Part shown: positions 1 through 9,460 of the stretch, one piece after another
Layout of the letters: every line of letters begins with the position of its first letter
Numbering within the stretch: position 1 is the first letter of the stretch
Assembly: GCA_020627525.1 (NCBI GenBank)
Contig: JAHDGP010000001.1
Coordinates: 1 to 43,280, forward strand
Length of the DNA stretch: 43,280 nt
Reading direction: 5' to 3'
Origin: Bacteroidota bacterium
GTDB taxonomy: Bacteria; Bacteroidota; Bacteroidia; Chitinophagales; UBA2359
Notes under the pieces: generated by a model
Database searches by the model: none
Told to the model about the DNA's origin: nothing
What the model saw: the letters and a program-made list of their open reading frames with translations, nothing else
Made by a program: the position numbers and the translations under genes

Positions 1-165
1 CAGATAAAAACTCCGAAGGAGTGACATTATTATCCATCCTTGTTGGATTTATAGTAATAATAGAAATGAACAAACAATATTTATTCAAAAACTTTTTGCC
101 TTAACTAAACAACATTGATTCTCGCATTTTTACTAAAGCATTAATCACATTTCATCATTAAAGCA

Positions 166-2070
166 TTAACCACCAACACGGTTTTTCGCTTTCCAAATCG
201 GCAATACTACTGCATCCCTTTTGTACACATCTTTTCTAAAAATAATTTCATCGTTTTCATTTACATAACTTGTCCAGTAAAATAGAATGATGGGAAGCGG
301 GTTTTTTAAATGCACCCTCTTTATTCTGCGTTTATTGAGTTCTGTAGTTAAATTTTCGAGCGTCCATTCAGGATCATCTTGAAAAATATATTCCGCCAAC
401 TCCATTGGTTTTTCCAAACGAATACAACCATGACTGTATGCGCGATTATAGTTTTTGAATTTGCTTTTTGATTGTGTGTCGTGTAAATAAACATTGTAAC
501 GATTGGGAAATATAAATTTAATCTGTCCTAAAGCATTTTTACGACCAGGTTTTTGCCTCAATACATATGGGAAGTTACTAGCTTTAATGCTACTCCAATC
601 TACGGAATAAGGATCAATTGAAGCGCCACCAGAAAGCAATTGGTAATCATTTCGCGCCAAATAACTCGGATCATTTTGAATCTTTGGAAGCAATTCTCTT
701 GAAGAAATACTGTAAGGAACCGTCCAGGTAGGATTCATTTCTATATACTGTAAAGTATTACTAAAAACAGGGGTTTCTGTTTTTGTCGCACCAACCATAA
801 CTTGTTTGGTCATAGTAACTTCATCATTTTCAAAAACCTCTAAATAATATCCAGCAATATTTACAATAATATATCTTCCAGATAGATCTCTCGGTATCCA
901 ACGCCAGCGATCTAAATTCATTTCAGTCTTATAGACCATCTCACTAAATGGCTCATTCAAAGTTTTTATCGTATTGGCTCCAATGACACCATCAGGACTC
1001 AAGCCGTATGCTCTTTGGAATTGTTTAACCTTTAGTAAAAGCGTACTATCGTAGTAAGTAGGATCATATACCATTCCGTCCAAAGAAACAGGATTTGGTA
1101 AAATTACTTTATCATAACTGGTAAAACTTGAATCTCTAATTACTTTATATGATTTATTATCTATATAAACGGTATCCAAACAAACAGTAAATTCTTCCAC
1201 TCTTTGTTGAATTGTATCTTTAGATGCTTGTCGGTCTTTTGGCTGTGCCTTTCGATTGGGTATTTTTTCTTCTGTTAAACCACATAAGAAATTTATACGC
1301 TTTCTGAGCAAAGTGATTTCTTCACTGAATATTCCAACTTCAAGCTTTTGTTTTTCTTTTAACTTTACTTGATCCGTATCGGCTAATGCCTTTTCTCTTA
1401 ACTCATTCAGCTTCGATTTTAATTTTAAATATGGAGCAATACTTGGCTTCAGACTTTCATAAAACGCTACTAAATTTTTATTTTGTACTGCTGCAACAAT
1501 TTCAGGAACCAAATCTACCGAGTCTCTCGTTATTTCCCACTGGATGGACAGTTCCGCAGGATCAATCACACCAAATCTCAAGTCATTTGCCAATTGCAAT
1601 GCCGCTTCTGTGCATTCAATATCTAACAAACTCAAATCGTTTAAATCAGCTTGATACAAATTCAGCCAAATATTGTCAACCTGATCATATAAATATTTTA
1701 GTTTTGAATAATAATACCTTTCAGGGTTGATACCTTCAGTAGAAATATTTTTTATAATTTTTAGTAGTTTACGAGCACTTCTTAAAAGATCTTTTTCAGA
1801 ATACCAAAGCGCTTCAAAATTTCTTTTTTCGTAAAATGTTTGAGTGGAGTACTTGAAGGTAGAGCGTGTCAAACTGTCCAGCGCCAATGGATCATTTTTA
1901 GTGTCTAACTCAACGCTTTCAATGGTACTTTGTTCTTCTACAGGTTGTTGCGATAAATTTTCTTCAATGTAAGGGCTTAAATCTTGAGAAAATAGCACAT
2001 TATTTGGATTGAAAGTGCAGAGGGAAGCTGCACAGGAAACAAATAGTATAATATTGGAAAATTTATTCAT
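166..2070 (-). CDS. L,D-transpeptidase family protein (YcbB/LdtD-like) with peptidoglycan-binding domain
   Basis: 634-aa ORF with an N-terminal signal peptide (MNKFSNIILFVSCAASLC). It has a PG_binding_1-like segment 'QFQRAYGLSPDGVIGANTIKTLN' and the YkuD catalytic signature 'YLHDT...AYSHGCIRLEKP'. Confidence 0.85.
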   Translation of the reverse strand: MNKFSNIILFVSCAASLCTFNPNNVLFSQDLSPYIEENLSQQPVEEQSTIESVELDTKNDPLALDSLTRSTFKYSTQTFYEKRNFEALWYSEKDLLRSARKLLKIIKNISTEGINPERYYYSKLKYLYDQVDNIWLNLYQADLNDLSLLDIECTEAALQLANDLRFGVIDPAELSIQWEITRDSVDLVPEIVAAVQNKNLVAFYESLKPSIAPYLKLKSKLNELREKALADTDQVKLKEKQKLEVGIFSEEITLLRKRINFLCGLTEEKIPNRKAQPKDRQASKDTIQQRVEEFTVCLDTVYIDNKSYKVIRDSSFTSYDKVILPNPVSLDGMVYDPTYYDSTLLLKVKQFQRAYGLSPDGVIGANTIKTLNEPFSEMVYKTEMNLDRWRWIPRDLSGRYIIVNIAGYYLEVFENDEVTMTKQVMVGATKTETPVFSNTLQYIEMNPTWTVPYSISSRELLPKIQNDPSYLARNDYQLLSGGASIDPYSVDWSSIKASNFPYVLRQKPGRKNALGQIKFIFPNRYNVYLHDTQSKSKFKNYNRAYSHGCIRLEKPMELAEYIFQDDPEWTLENLTTELNKRRIKRVHLKNPLPIILFYWTSYVNENDEIIFRKDVYKRDAVVLPIWKAKNRVGG

Positions 2071-2155
2071 TTGGGGTACTTTACTTAAATGATTTAAAGA
2101 GTTAACAACAAAAACAATTATATTTACAGTTGCATATCTATAATGTTGCTGAAAT

Positions 2156-3091
2156 ATGAAAAAAATATTTATTATTCTATGTCTGATATTTAGTACATCA
2201 ACTGTGATAATGTCACAGCAAGATACACATTATACAGGCTATATGTTCAATAGTTTGGTTATTAATCCTGCCTATGCCGGTAGTCGTGATGCTACAAGCT
2301 TTACAGCTTACTACAGACACCAGTGGGCGGACATATCACAAGCTCCACGAGACTTTGCTATTAGTGCGCACACACCATACCAAAAAAATGTTGGTTTGGG
2401 TTTGTATATGGAAAGCGACTGGATTGGCGTGCATAATAGATTGAGTTTGTTTGGAAGCTATTCATATAAAATAAGATTGAATAACAATGCCCAAATTTCT
2501 GCTGGACTTCAAGCAGGTATAATGAGGTATGGTTCGAATTTTTCAGAAATAACTGCTACTTTAGAAAATCCAGACGATGTAGTCTTTAATGAAGATCAAT
2601 CAAGGTATTTACCAAACTTCGGGTTTGGTTTGTTCTTTTATACCTCTCAAGGATATGTTGGGCTCTCTGTACCACATTTATTGAATAATAAAATTATTAA
2701 AGATGCACCAGTTGATCCCAGTGTTGGATTGTCTAAGCAAATAAGACATTTATTTATAAGTGGAGGAACAGTTGTGACAGTCAACGATTTGATCAAAATT
2801 AGACCAACAGCGATTTTAAAAGCCGTTCCATTTGGAAGCGCACCCGTTTCATTTGATTTGAGTTTGGCTGCTATTTACAATAATAAAATTTTAGCAGGAT
2901 TGGCACATCGCTTTACAGACTCTATTTCCTTTTTTGGAGAATATCAGATCAATAATAATATGAGGATAGGATATGCTTATGATTATCCATTGCAAGCAAT
3001 ATCACATTTTGCAGGATCACATGAAATATTCTTCGGCTATGATATGAATCCAAAAGACCAAACAAAAATCGTAACACCCAGATTTTTCTAG
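2156..3091 (+). CDS. Type IX secretion system membrane protein, PorP/SprF family
   Basis: 311-aa ORF with a signal peptide. The family-typical N-terminus is 'QQDTHYTGYMFNSLVINPAYAGSRD', followed by a beta-barrel-like alternating pattern that ends in an aromatic residue (..PRFF). Confidence 0.85.
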   Translation: MKKIFIILCLIFSTSTVIMSQQDTHYTGYMFNSLVINPAYAGSRDATSFTAYYRHQWADISQAPRDFAISAHTPYQKNVGLGLYMESDWIGVHNRLSLFGSYSYKIRLNNNAQISAGLQAGIMRYGSNFSEITATLENPDDVVFNEDQSRYLPNFGFGLFFYTSQGYVGLSVPHLLNNKIIKDAPVDPSVGLSKQIRHLFISGGTVVTVNDLIKIRPTAILKAVPFGSAPVSFDLSLAAIYNNKILAGLAHRFTDSISFFGEYQINNNMRIGYAYDYPLQAISHFAGSHEIFFGYDMNPKDQTKIVTPRFF

Positions 3092-3099
3092 TAGAGCAT

Positions 3100-3118
3100 A
3101 GCCGCAATCATTGCGGCT
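3100..3118. terminator. Putative bidirectional terminator hairpin between convergent porP/sprF and dnaA
   Basis: The sequence AGCCGCAATcATTGCGGCT has perfect 9-nt inverted arms, giving an effective 7-bp GC-rich stem and a 5-nt loop. It sits between the stop at 3089-3091 (+) and the stop at 3147-3149 (-). There is no clear U-tract. Confidence 0.5.
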
Positions 3119-3146
3119 CCAACAAACAAGGAAGCTTGCAGCCTCC

Positions 3147-4601
3147 TTACATACTCATTTTAATCTGCTTCTCAATATTATCTACCATTTGCTGAAACGA
3201 AATATCCGTATCATACAAATTGGAGACAGTCTGACAAGCGTGGATTACTGTACTATGGTCTCTACCACCAAAGGCACGACCAATAGATTTTAGAGAAGAC
3301 TCGGTGTATTGCTTAGCAAAATGCATAGCAATCTGACGAGCTTGAACAAATTCTCTTTTTCTTGATTTTCCCACCAATTGATCATAAGCAACACCGCTTG
3401 CTTCACAAACTTTCTGTTGAATCAAATCTATTGAGATGGATTTTTGAGAATTGGCTATAAAGTTTTTAAGGATCTTTTTTGTTAAAGGCAAATCAATTTC
3501 CAACTTCATCAAAGAAGCTTGAGCCAAAATAGTGATCAAAGCACCTTCCAGTTCACGGATATTGGTCGTTACTACGTATGAAATATATTCAACTACTTCA
3601 CGAGGCAACTCAATACCTTCAGCGTGCATTTTCTTTTCAAGAATCGCCAAACGCGTTTCATAGTCAGGAATCTGTAAATCTGTTGTCAATCCCCATTTGA
3701 ATCTAGAAATCAAACGCTCTTCCATACCGTGCATATCTTTCGGAGGACGATCACTTGTTAAAATGATTTGTTTTCCTGATTGATGCAAATGGTTGAAAAC
3801 GTGGAAGAATATATCTTGTGTTCTGTCTTTGTCTGCAAAAAATTGAACATCATCCACAATCAAAATATCCACCAATTGATAAAAATTGATAAAATCATTG
3901 ATAGAGCCATATTTTACAGCATCTATAAATTGATTACAGAATTTTTCAGAAGAAACATAAAGTACAGAAACGCTAGGGTAGTTTTCTTTGGCAAAATTTC
4001 CAATAGCTTGAGCCAAGTGTGTTTTACCAAGTCCCACTCCTCCGTACAATACCAATGGATTAAATGCAGTACCACCAGGATTGTTCGCAACAGCAAAACC
4101 AGCTGATCTTGCCAATTGATTGCAATCTCCCTCAACATAAGTCTCAAAAGTATAATTTTGATTCAATTGAGAGTCAAATTGCATTTTTTTCAAACCAGGA
4201 ATTACAAAAGGATTTTTTATTCCTTCTTTTGGTGCTGATTCTGGTTGATTTGGTTTTTTTAAATATCCAGGCGCATCATTTGTATGCGTCGGCTTATTTA
4301 CCGTAAAAGGTGTAGAATTATTATTTGTTGATTTGTTTTCTATAACAATGCGGTACTCCAACCTAGCATTGCTCCCAAGTTCTTGATGGATGGTTTTACT
4401 TAATAAATTAACATAATGCTCCTCTAGCCATTCATAAAAGAATTGACTTGGCACTTGAATGGTAAGTACCGAATCTTCTAATTTAACAGGTCTAATTGGC
4501 TCAAACCACGTTTTAAAACATTGTTGATTAACATGCTCTTTAATGATTTTGAGGCAATTATGCCATATATTAACTACTTCTGGTTGCACTACTGAAGGCA
4601 A
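3147..4601 (-). CDS. dnaA: Chromosomal replication initiator protein DnaA
   Basis: 484-aa ORF with AAA+ Walker A 'GGVGLGKTHL' and Walker B 'ILIVDDVQFF'. The C-terminal DNA-binding domain reads 'SRKREFVQARQIAMHFAKQYT...IGRAFGGRDHSTVIHA'. The annotated start is TTG with a GTG four codons later, so the exact start is uncertain. Confidence 0.95.
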   Translation of the reverse strand: MPSVVQPEVVNIWHNCLKIIKEHVNQQCFKTWFEPIRPVKLEDSVLTIQVPSQFFYEWLEEHYVNLLSKTIHQELGSNARLEYRIVIENKSTNNNSTPFTVNKPTHTNDAPGYLKKPNQPESAPKEGIKNPFVIPGLKKMQFDSQLNQNYTFETYVEGDCNQLARSAGFAVANNPGGTAFNPLVLYGGVGLGKTHLAQAIGNFAKENYPSVSVLYVSSEKFCNQFIDAVKYGSINDFINFYQLVDILIVDDVQFFADKDRTQDIFFHVFNHLHQSGKQIILTSDRPPKDMHGMEERLISRFKWGLTTDLQIPDYETRLAILEKKMHAEGIELPREVVEYISYVVTTNIRELEGALITILAQASLMKLEIDLPLTKKILKNFIANSQKSISIDLIQQKVCEASGVAYDQLVGKSRKREFVQARQIAMHFAKQYTESSLKSIGRAFGGRDHSTVIHACQTVSNLYDTDISFQQMVDNIEKQIKMSM

Positions 4602-4947
4602 AGCTGATGGATTTAGAGGTTCACAATAAACAAAACAAACAAAAAGACAACCTTTTACAAAATCAAAAGAGATACTACGATCTATAAGGACAAGTTAATG
4701 TCACTGTTAAATGAAACGACAATTTCTGGCTAGCTATAATATACAGCTGGAGTAAGAAAAATTATTATCGGCGCAAATATTCAGATGATTCCCCCATTAT
4801 CTTCTAATTACCAAGTTTACAAAAATATTAAAACTAGATTAAGTTATCTTAAAAAATTAAATGTTTTTTATAATTTTTTTTTCTGATCTCTAATTTCTAA
4901 TCAAAACAACTTAAGATGGGAAACCATATTGCTGTTACTTGTAAAAA

Positions 4948-5862
4948 TTATCGAACATTGGTACTTTTCGGTACCACTTTTTTTCTTTTTTTTGTTTTAG
5001 TGAAATAATAATCCAGTCTGCCGAGCCTTATGCCTGCCCAACCTACTTGATTAACAAGAACTTCTTCGCCATTTTTGTTGGCTACCGAAGTTGGTACATC
5101 TAAACACGTATGTGTATGCCCTCCAAGTATTAAATCTATTGAGTTTGAACTCTTTGCCAATTTGAGATCACTGGGTCTGTCACTTTCATATTCATAACCC
5201 AAATGTGATAAACAAATTACAAGATCACACTTGAATTCATTTTTCAAAAGGGAAGCAGTTTCATTGGCATTTTTAATGGGGTCTAGATACTCTGCATCTC
5301 CATAAAGATTTTTAGGCACCAAGCCATCTAACTTAATACCAACTCCCAAAACCCCTATTTTAACATTTTGAATATCAAATATTTTGTAATTCTTTACATT
5401 ATTTTTTAGAGGAGTATTGGAAAGGTTGTAGTTACAGTTCAGCATTTGAAAATTTGAATTATCAATATGTTCTGATAACTTTTCGATTCCCGCGTCAAAA
5501 TCATGATTGCCAATCGTAGCAGCATCATATTTCATTTTGTTCATCAACTCAAACTCTAAGCTTCCTTCGTAAAAATTGAAATAAGGAGTTCCTTGCAATA
5601 TATCGCCACAATCAAATAATAAAACGTTTTCTTCTTCTTTCCTGATTCTGTCAATCAACGTTGCTCTTTTTGCAGCACCGCCGAGTCCTTGATATTTTCC
5701 TCCGTCCAGTGGAAAGGGATCTATTCTACTATGAACATCATTAGTGTGCAGTATGGTAAGTTTAGTCGTATTATTAGAAGCAAATAATTCATTTGGAAAG
5801 CTGCCCAAACCTAATACGAGTAAACCTGAAGTTGTTCTCTGTATAAATTTTCTACGAAGCAT
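4948..5862 (-). CDS. Metallophosphoesterase, the 5'-nucleotidase/UshA N-terminal catalytic domain as a stand-alone protein, with a Tat-type signal
   Basis: 304-aa ORF with a twin-arginine-like leader 'MLRRKFIQRTTSGLLVLGLGS'. Calcineurin-like metal motifs are 'HTNDVHS', 'GDILQG', 'GNHDFD' and 'GGHTH'. Confidence 0.8.
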   Translation of the reverse strand: MLRRKFIQRTTSGLLVLGLGSFPNELFASNNTTKLTILHTNDVHSRIDPFPLDGGKYQGLGGAAKRATLIDRIRKEEENVLLFDCGDILQGTPYFNFYEGSLEFELMNKMKYDAATIGNHDFDAGIEKLSEHIDNSNFQMLNCNYNLSNTPLKNNVKNYKIFDIQNVKIGVLGVGIKLDGLVPKNLYGDAEYLDPIKNANETASLLKNEFKCDLVICLSHLGYEYESDRPSDLKLAKSSNSIDLILGGHTHTCLDVPTSVANKNGEEVLVNQVGWAGIRLGRLDYYFTKTKKRKKVVPKSTNVR

Positions 5863-5902
5863 AAGTTTTTTTGATTTACCTTTTTGATAATTTTATTTAT
5901 CC

Positions 5903-6628
5903 CTATTTGTAACTGGTTCGTTTTTCGAGGTTTACGTTGATTATTTTATTTTCTTTAACATATTCAATCAAGGCATCTCGAAACAATAAGTTTAAATCAT
6001 CCCTTTTTTTGTCTTTTAAAAAAGAACAGTTATCACCTCCGTTGGCAATATAATCAGAAACGCAAAATGTATATTTATTATTGAGTTTTAAGTCTTCTCC
6101 ATTTATTATATATTCATTTTTTTGATTCAATGTATCTAACCTTATTTCAACACCTTTAGAAATTGGCCAGCCTCCCAAACCAGTAATGTGGTCAAACAAC
6201 TGTTTAACATCAGCTCCATTCAAATGAACAATAACCAGTTTGTTGTCAAAAGGCATTAATTCAAACATATCACTCATTGTAATGTCTCCAGCCTTTATAT
6301 ATGGAACTCGCAAACCCCCATAATTGGGTAGAGAAAAATCGACCTGTTTGCTATATCTTTTTTTTGCAGATGCAAGAATGGCATCCGCCACAAAGTTTCC
6401 TAGGGTAGATTCTGGTTGGTCTTTGGTTAACTCTGTTTCCAAAGTACCAATGACTTCCCCCATTTTTTTATTCAGCTTGTCTCGATAAGGGCTGATCATT
6501 TCTTCAATTTCACTATCTGAAGTCAGCTCATTGTCTGTTAAATAAAATTGGGCATTGTTATCAGTAACCTGATAATAAGACTTACAACCCAAAAATACAA
6601 TGCATATAAGTAAGAGAATCTTTTTCAT
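5903..6628 (-). CDS. 5'-nucleotidase C-terminal (substrate-binding) domain protein, lipoprotein
   Basis: 241-aa ORF with a lipoprotein signal 'LLLICIVFLGCKS'. The segments 'LGNFVADAIL', 'GGLR' and 'ANGGDN' are typical of the UshA C-terminal domain. Confidence 0.7.
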   Translation of the reverse strand: MKKILLLICIVFLGCKSYYQVTDNNAQFYLTDNELTSDSEIEEMISPYRDKLNKKMGEVIGTLETELTKDQPESTLGNFVADAILASAKKRYSKQVDFSLPNYGGLRVPYIKAGDITMSDMFELMPFDNKLVIVHLNGADVKQLFDHITGLGGWPISKGVEIRLDTLNQKNEYIINGEDLKLNNKYTFCVSDYIANGGDNCSFLKDKKRDDLNLLFRDALIEYVKENKIINVNLEKRTSYK

Positions 6629-6672
6629 AGGATAATTAATTATTCGACTATCCTAAATTTAGATAAAATGAA

Positions 6673-7686
6673 TTACTTTGCATACCATTGTCCAATATAT
6701 GTTTCAGTTGGTTTATTTTGTGGTGTGTACCCATCATTATTTGGACCTCCAGCAACTTCATCATAAGGGCTCCAATTCCACAAAAATCCGCCTTCAAACC
6801 AATCAACTCCCCAAAAGGTTTCAAATATAGCTTGGTAGCCATTGCGCTGTGCTTGATGGTTGGCAGAACTTTTATTTTTTAAATTTTCAAACTCCCATTG
6901 CTGCCAAGTGGCGCAGTCAATACTGCGATAGCCATATTCAGTAAAAATGACAGGCTTTTTTATTTTTTTTTGATAAGATGAAATTAATTTATAAGGTTCT
7001 TTCCAAAGTGTTTTTAATTCTTCCACATCTGGTGTTGCGTTTTGAGAAAGAGGAAAATAAGCATCAATACCTATGTAATCTAATTTGTCCCAAAATTTCA
7101 CTTTATCAAAATTATCCCAATTGGCAGCATAAGTCAATTTGCCAGCATAAACAGCTCTTACATCTTTGATTAAATTTGTCCAAAACTTTGGACGCAATTC
7201 AAGCGTTTTTTTCATCTCCGTAGCAATACAAAATAATTCGACAGAATGTTTTTCAGCAAGCTCTGCCAAACAGACAATGTATTTGTTAAACTGTTGCTCC
7301 CAAATTAGCCATTCTGCTTCATTTTCTAAAAGAAAATCTCCAGGCCAGCCATAAGAGGGAAACCATACAGAGGGCTTGAGCATTACCTTTAAATTATTCT
7401 TTTTTGCATTGACGATCATTTCCTCAATGCCCTCCATCGTTTCACCCCATTTTTGGTCTTTTGTTTCATAACCAAACTCCGGATAATATTTGGTATCGTA
7501 TTTACCATATTGATATATGACCAAAGAAATCCAATTTGCGTTTATATCTAAAATAGGTTTGGTATAAGATTCGTCAACAGATTGGTAGGCTGGCATTACA
7601 TTTACACCCTCTATTTCTTGCGCAACAACATTGACAGAAAATAGCAATATGAACAAAGCAAAAAGATTTAGATTCATTTGATCCAT
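6673..7686 (-). CDS. Putative secreted glycoside hydrolase (TIM-barrel, clan GH-A-like)
   Basis: 337-aa ORF with a signal peptide (LFALFILLFSVNVVAQ). Candidate acid/base and nucleophile contexts are 'FCIATEM' and 'IFTEYGYRS', and 'IGIDAYFPL' is also present. The exact GH family is not determinable by eye, and the start may be the ATG at 7677. Confidence 0.5.
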   Translation of the reverse strand: MDQMNLNLFALFILLFSVNVVAQEIEGVNVMPAYQSVDESYTKPILDINANWISLVIYQYGKYDTKYYPEFGYETKDQKWGETMEGIEEMIVNAKKNNLKVMLKPSVWFPSYGWPGDFLLENEAEWLIWEQQFNKYIVCLAELAEKHSVELFCIATEMKKTLELRPKFWTNLIKDVRAVYAGKLTYAANWDNFDKVKFWDKLDYIGIDAYFPLSQNATPDVEELKTLWKEPYKLISSYQKKIKKPVIFTEYGYRSIDCATWQQWEFENLKNKSSANHQAQRNGYQAIFETFWGVDWFEGGFLWNWSPYDEVAGGPNNDGYTPQNKPTETYIGQWYAK

Positions 7687-7932
7687 TGTTTATAATTTTT
7701 TTTTAAAGTTGTTTAGAATTATGAATTTATTTAAATATATGAGAGGTGTTTTTAGACCAGGTGAAGCTTCTTTTTGAAGGGAGCATTGCTATTGCTTCAA
7801 AAAAAGCTGAAATATAGGCTAAAAAGACGCTTATGTTTTTAAATTCGCTAATTCTATACAACTTCTTTGCTAAATTTATTACTAGATAGTTTATTTTACT
7901 TCAACTTCTACATAAATAACTGAAAATATCTC

Positions 7933-8274
7933 GTGATTGACAAATCCATATTAAAACAGACAGCTCTTTTGATTTCTAAAGAGTTGTATCTTGAACAAGA
8001 TGAAATTGGCTTGCCAGAACACTTTGACTTGTTAAGAGAACGGGTGGTTTATGTCATCGGTTATTTAATTGACAATGATTTTGAACATTTGTTAAATTTA
8101 TTATACATAATGGATGTAGATGAGTTGAAAATTCGCGCCGTCCTCAATGATCCTTCTATTCTTGAACCTAAATACGCCATTGCAGATATTGTTATTGAAA
8201 GAGAAGTCCAAAAAGTGAAAACGAGAATTGAGTACAAGCAAAATAAAAATGAAGACGATCTAGAGTCTTGGTGA
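7933..8274 (+). CDS. Hypothetical protein (113 aa)
   Basis: The ORF has a GTG start, no recognisable motif and an acidic C-terminus. Its stop at 8272-8274 lies just upstream of the ATG of the next gene at 8280. Confidence 0.45.
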   Translation: MIDKSILKQTALLISKELYLEQDEIGLPEHFDLLRERVVYVIGYLIDNDFEHLLNLLYIMDVDELKIRAVLNDPSILEPKYAIADIVIEREVQKVKTRIEYKQNKNEDDLESW

Positions 8275-8279
8275 AAAAT

Positions 8280-9443
8280 ATGCAGTTTTCTTTAGTGAAA
8301 TATAGTTTATTAATACTTGCATTTTGTTTAGTAGCTTGCTCAGCTTATAAAAAAGTGACAGTCGATTTTTCAAAGGATTACTCCTTTAGAGAAGAGACTT
8401 ATTTAGACATTTTTTTGTATAAGGTAAATGAAACAGAAATTGATATTTTCTTGAGCTTAAATGAAAGAGCGTATTTTACCAATGAAAACTTAATGCGATT
8501 GGAACTTCGATATGTAAATGAAGAAAATCAAGCCTTTTTTATTTTGGAAAAAGAAGTTTCGTTGCAAGAATTAAGTAATGGCATAAATTTCAAAACGAAT
8601 TCCATCCCCCAGATAGGTGGCAATTTGGTTTTTAGAATTTTAGATTCAGAAGGAAATCAACTAATAAACAATCACATAAATATCAATGAATCCTTAGCAG
8701 GAATTTTATTAAAAAATTTTAAAGGAGAAGTGATTTATTCTGAGCTTTGTTCTAATGAAAAGGAGATAGCAATATTTTTTGAAGATGAAAATTGTGATTC
8801 TGTTTTTTGGCATTTCTTTCAAAATTCTTTGGTTCAATTTCCATTATCACCCTACAATGTCAAAGACAGTTTGATAGCTTTTACAGAAAAAGAGATTGTT
8901 GTTAAAAACGGACAGAAAATTTCATTGAAAGAAAACAACTGTTTTGTTTGTAAAAATCAAACGCGATCATTTTATACTACTATAAATTGTCCCGCTGATT
9001 TTAATTCATCCAAACTTGATTCGATAAAATTTCATGCTCTTAAATATATTTGTACCCAAAAAGAGTACGAGCAGCTGGAAAGTAGTCCAGATATAAAAAC
9101 AGCGATTGACGAATATTGGCTTGCAAAGGGAGGCGCATTCGAAAGAGCCGCTAAGTTAATGAATGCATTTAATGATAGAGTAGAGAATGCAATTGAAATG
9201 TTTAGCGTAAAAAATTTAGGGTATTTGTCTGACAGAGGAATGGTTTATATTGTTATGGGAAAACCCAAATTGGTGGAAAAATATCAATCAAAAGAAGTCT
9301 GGTATTATCCAAATTACGAAAGAGCTTATTTTGTTTTTGAGAGAGAGGAGTATGGAGAAATGGTTTTAATTAGGAAAGAAGCTTATGAGGCAGTATGGAA
9401 TAAAGCAGTGGGATATTGGTACAATGGTGTGCTTAAAAGATAA
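8280..9443 (+). CDS. GWxTD-domain lipoprotein (putative)
   Basis: The ORF-track start at 8268 is TTG. The ATG at 8280 gives 'MQFSLVKYSLLILAFCLVACSAYKK', which contains a lipobox. The C-terminal segment 'NLGYLSDRGMVYIVMGKPKLVEKYQSKEVWYY' resembles the GWxTD signature (GW.TD.G...I..G.P). Confidence 0.6.
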   Translation: MQFSLVKYSLLILAFCLVACSAYKKVTVDFSKDYSFREETYLDIFLYKVNETEIDIFLSLNERAYFTNENLMRLELRYVNEENQAFFILEKEVSLQELSNGINFKTNSIPQIGGNLVFRILDSEGNQLINNHININESLAGILLKNFKGEVIYSELCSNEKEIAIFFEDENCDSVFWHFFQNSLVQFPLSPYNVKDSLIAFTEKEIVVKNGQKISLKENNCFVCKNQTRSFYTTINCPADFNSSKLDSIKFHALKYICTQKEYEQLESSPDIKTAIDEYWLAKGGAFERAAKLMNAFNDRVENAIEMFSVKNLGYLSDRGMVYIVMGKPKLVEKYQSKEVWYYPNYERAYFVFEREEYGEMVLIRKEAYEAVWNKAVGYWYNGVLKR

Positions 9444-9460
9444 ATCCTTACTTTTGCCAA

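Noticed and set aside
1-165. 33-codon open frame ending at TAA 102-104 (+), and a small hairpin ACTCC-gaa-GGAGT (10-22) that on the minus strand is followed by UUUUUAU
   Set aside because: The open frame is too short and truncated to support a CDS call. The hairpin has only a 5-bp stem and a 3-nt loop, and lies 144 nt downstream of the L,D-transpeptidase stop. It may be a terminator, but the evidence is insufficient.
4602-4947. oriC next to dnaA
   Set aside because: The 346-bp region upstream of dnaA is AT-rich, but I found no perfect TTATCCACA/TGTGGATAA boxes and no cluster of near-matches by eye. An origin cannot be claimed. GC-skew analysis of the whole chromosome and a DnaA-box matrix scan would be needed.
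4948-6628. Split 5'-nucleotidase as a frameshifted pseudogene
   Set aside because: The domain order is permuted relative to UshA and each ORF begins with its own intact export signal. A simple frameshift in a fused gene cannot produce this arrangement.
7764-7806. Stem-loop CTTTTTGAAG-(15 nt)-CTTCAAAAAG plus a tandem ATTGCT ATTGCT in the divergent region between the GH gene and ORF 7933
   Set aside because: The stem is largely homopolymeric T/A, imperfect because of unequal run lengths, and lies between divergently transcribed genes. No terminator role applies, and there is no further support for a regulatory RNA.
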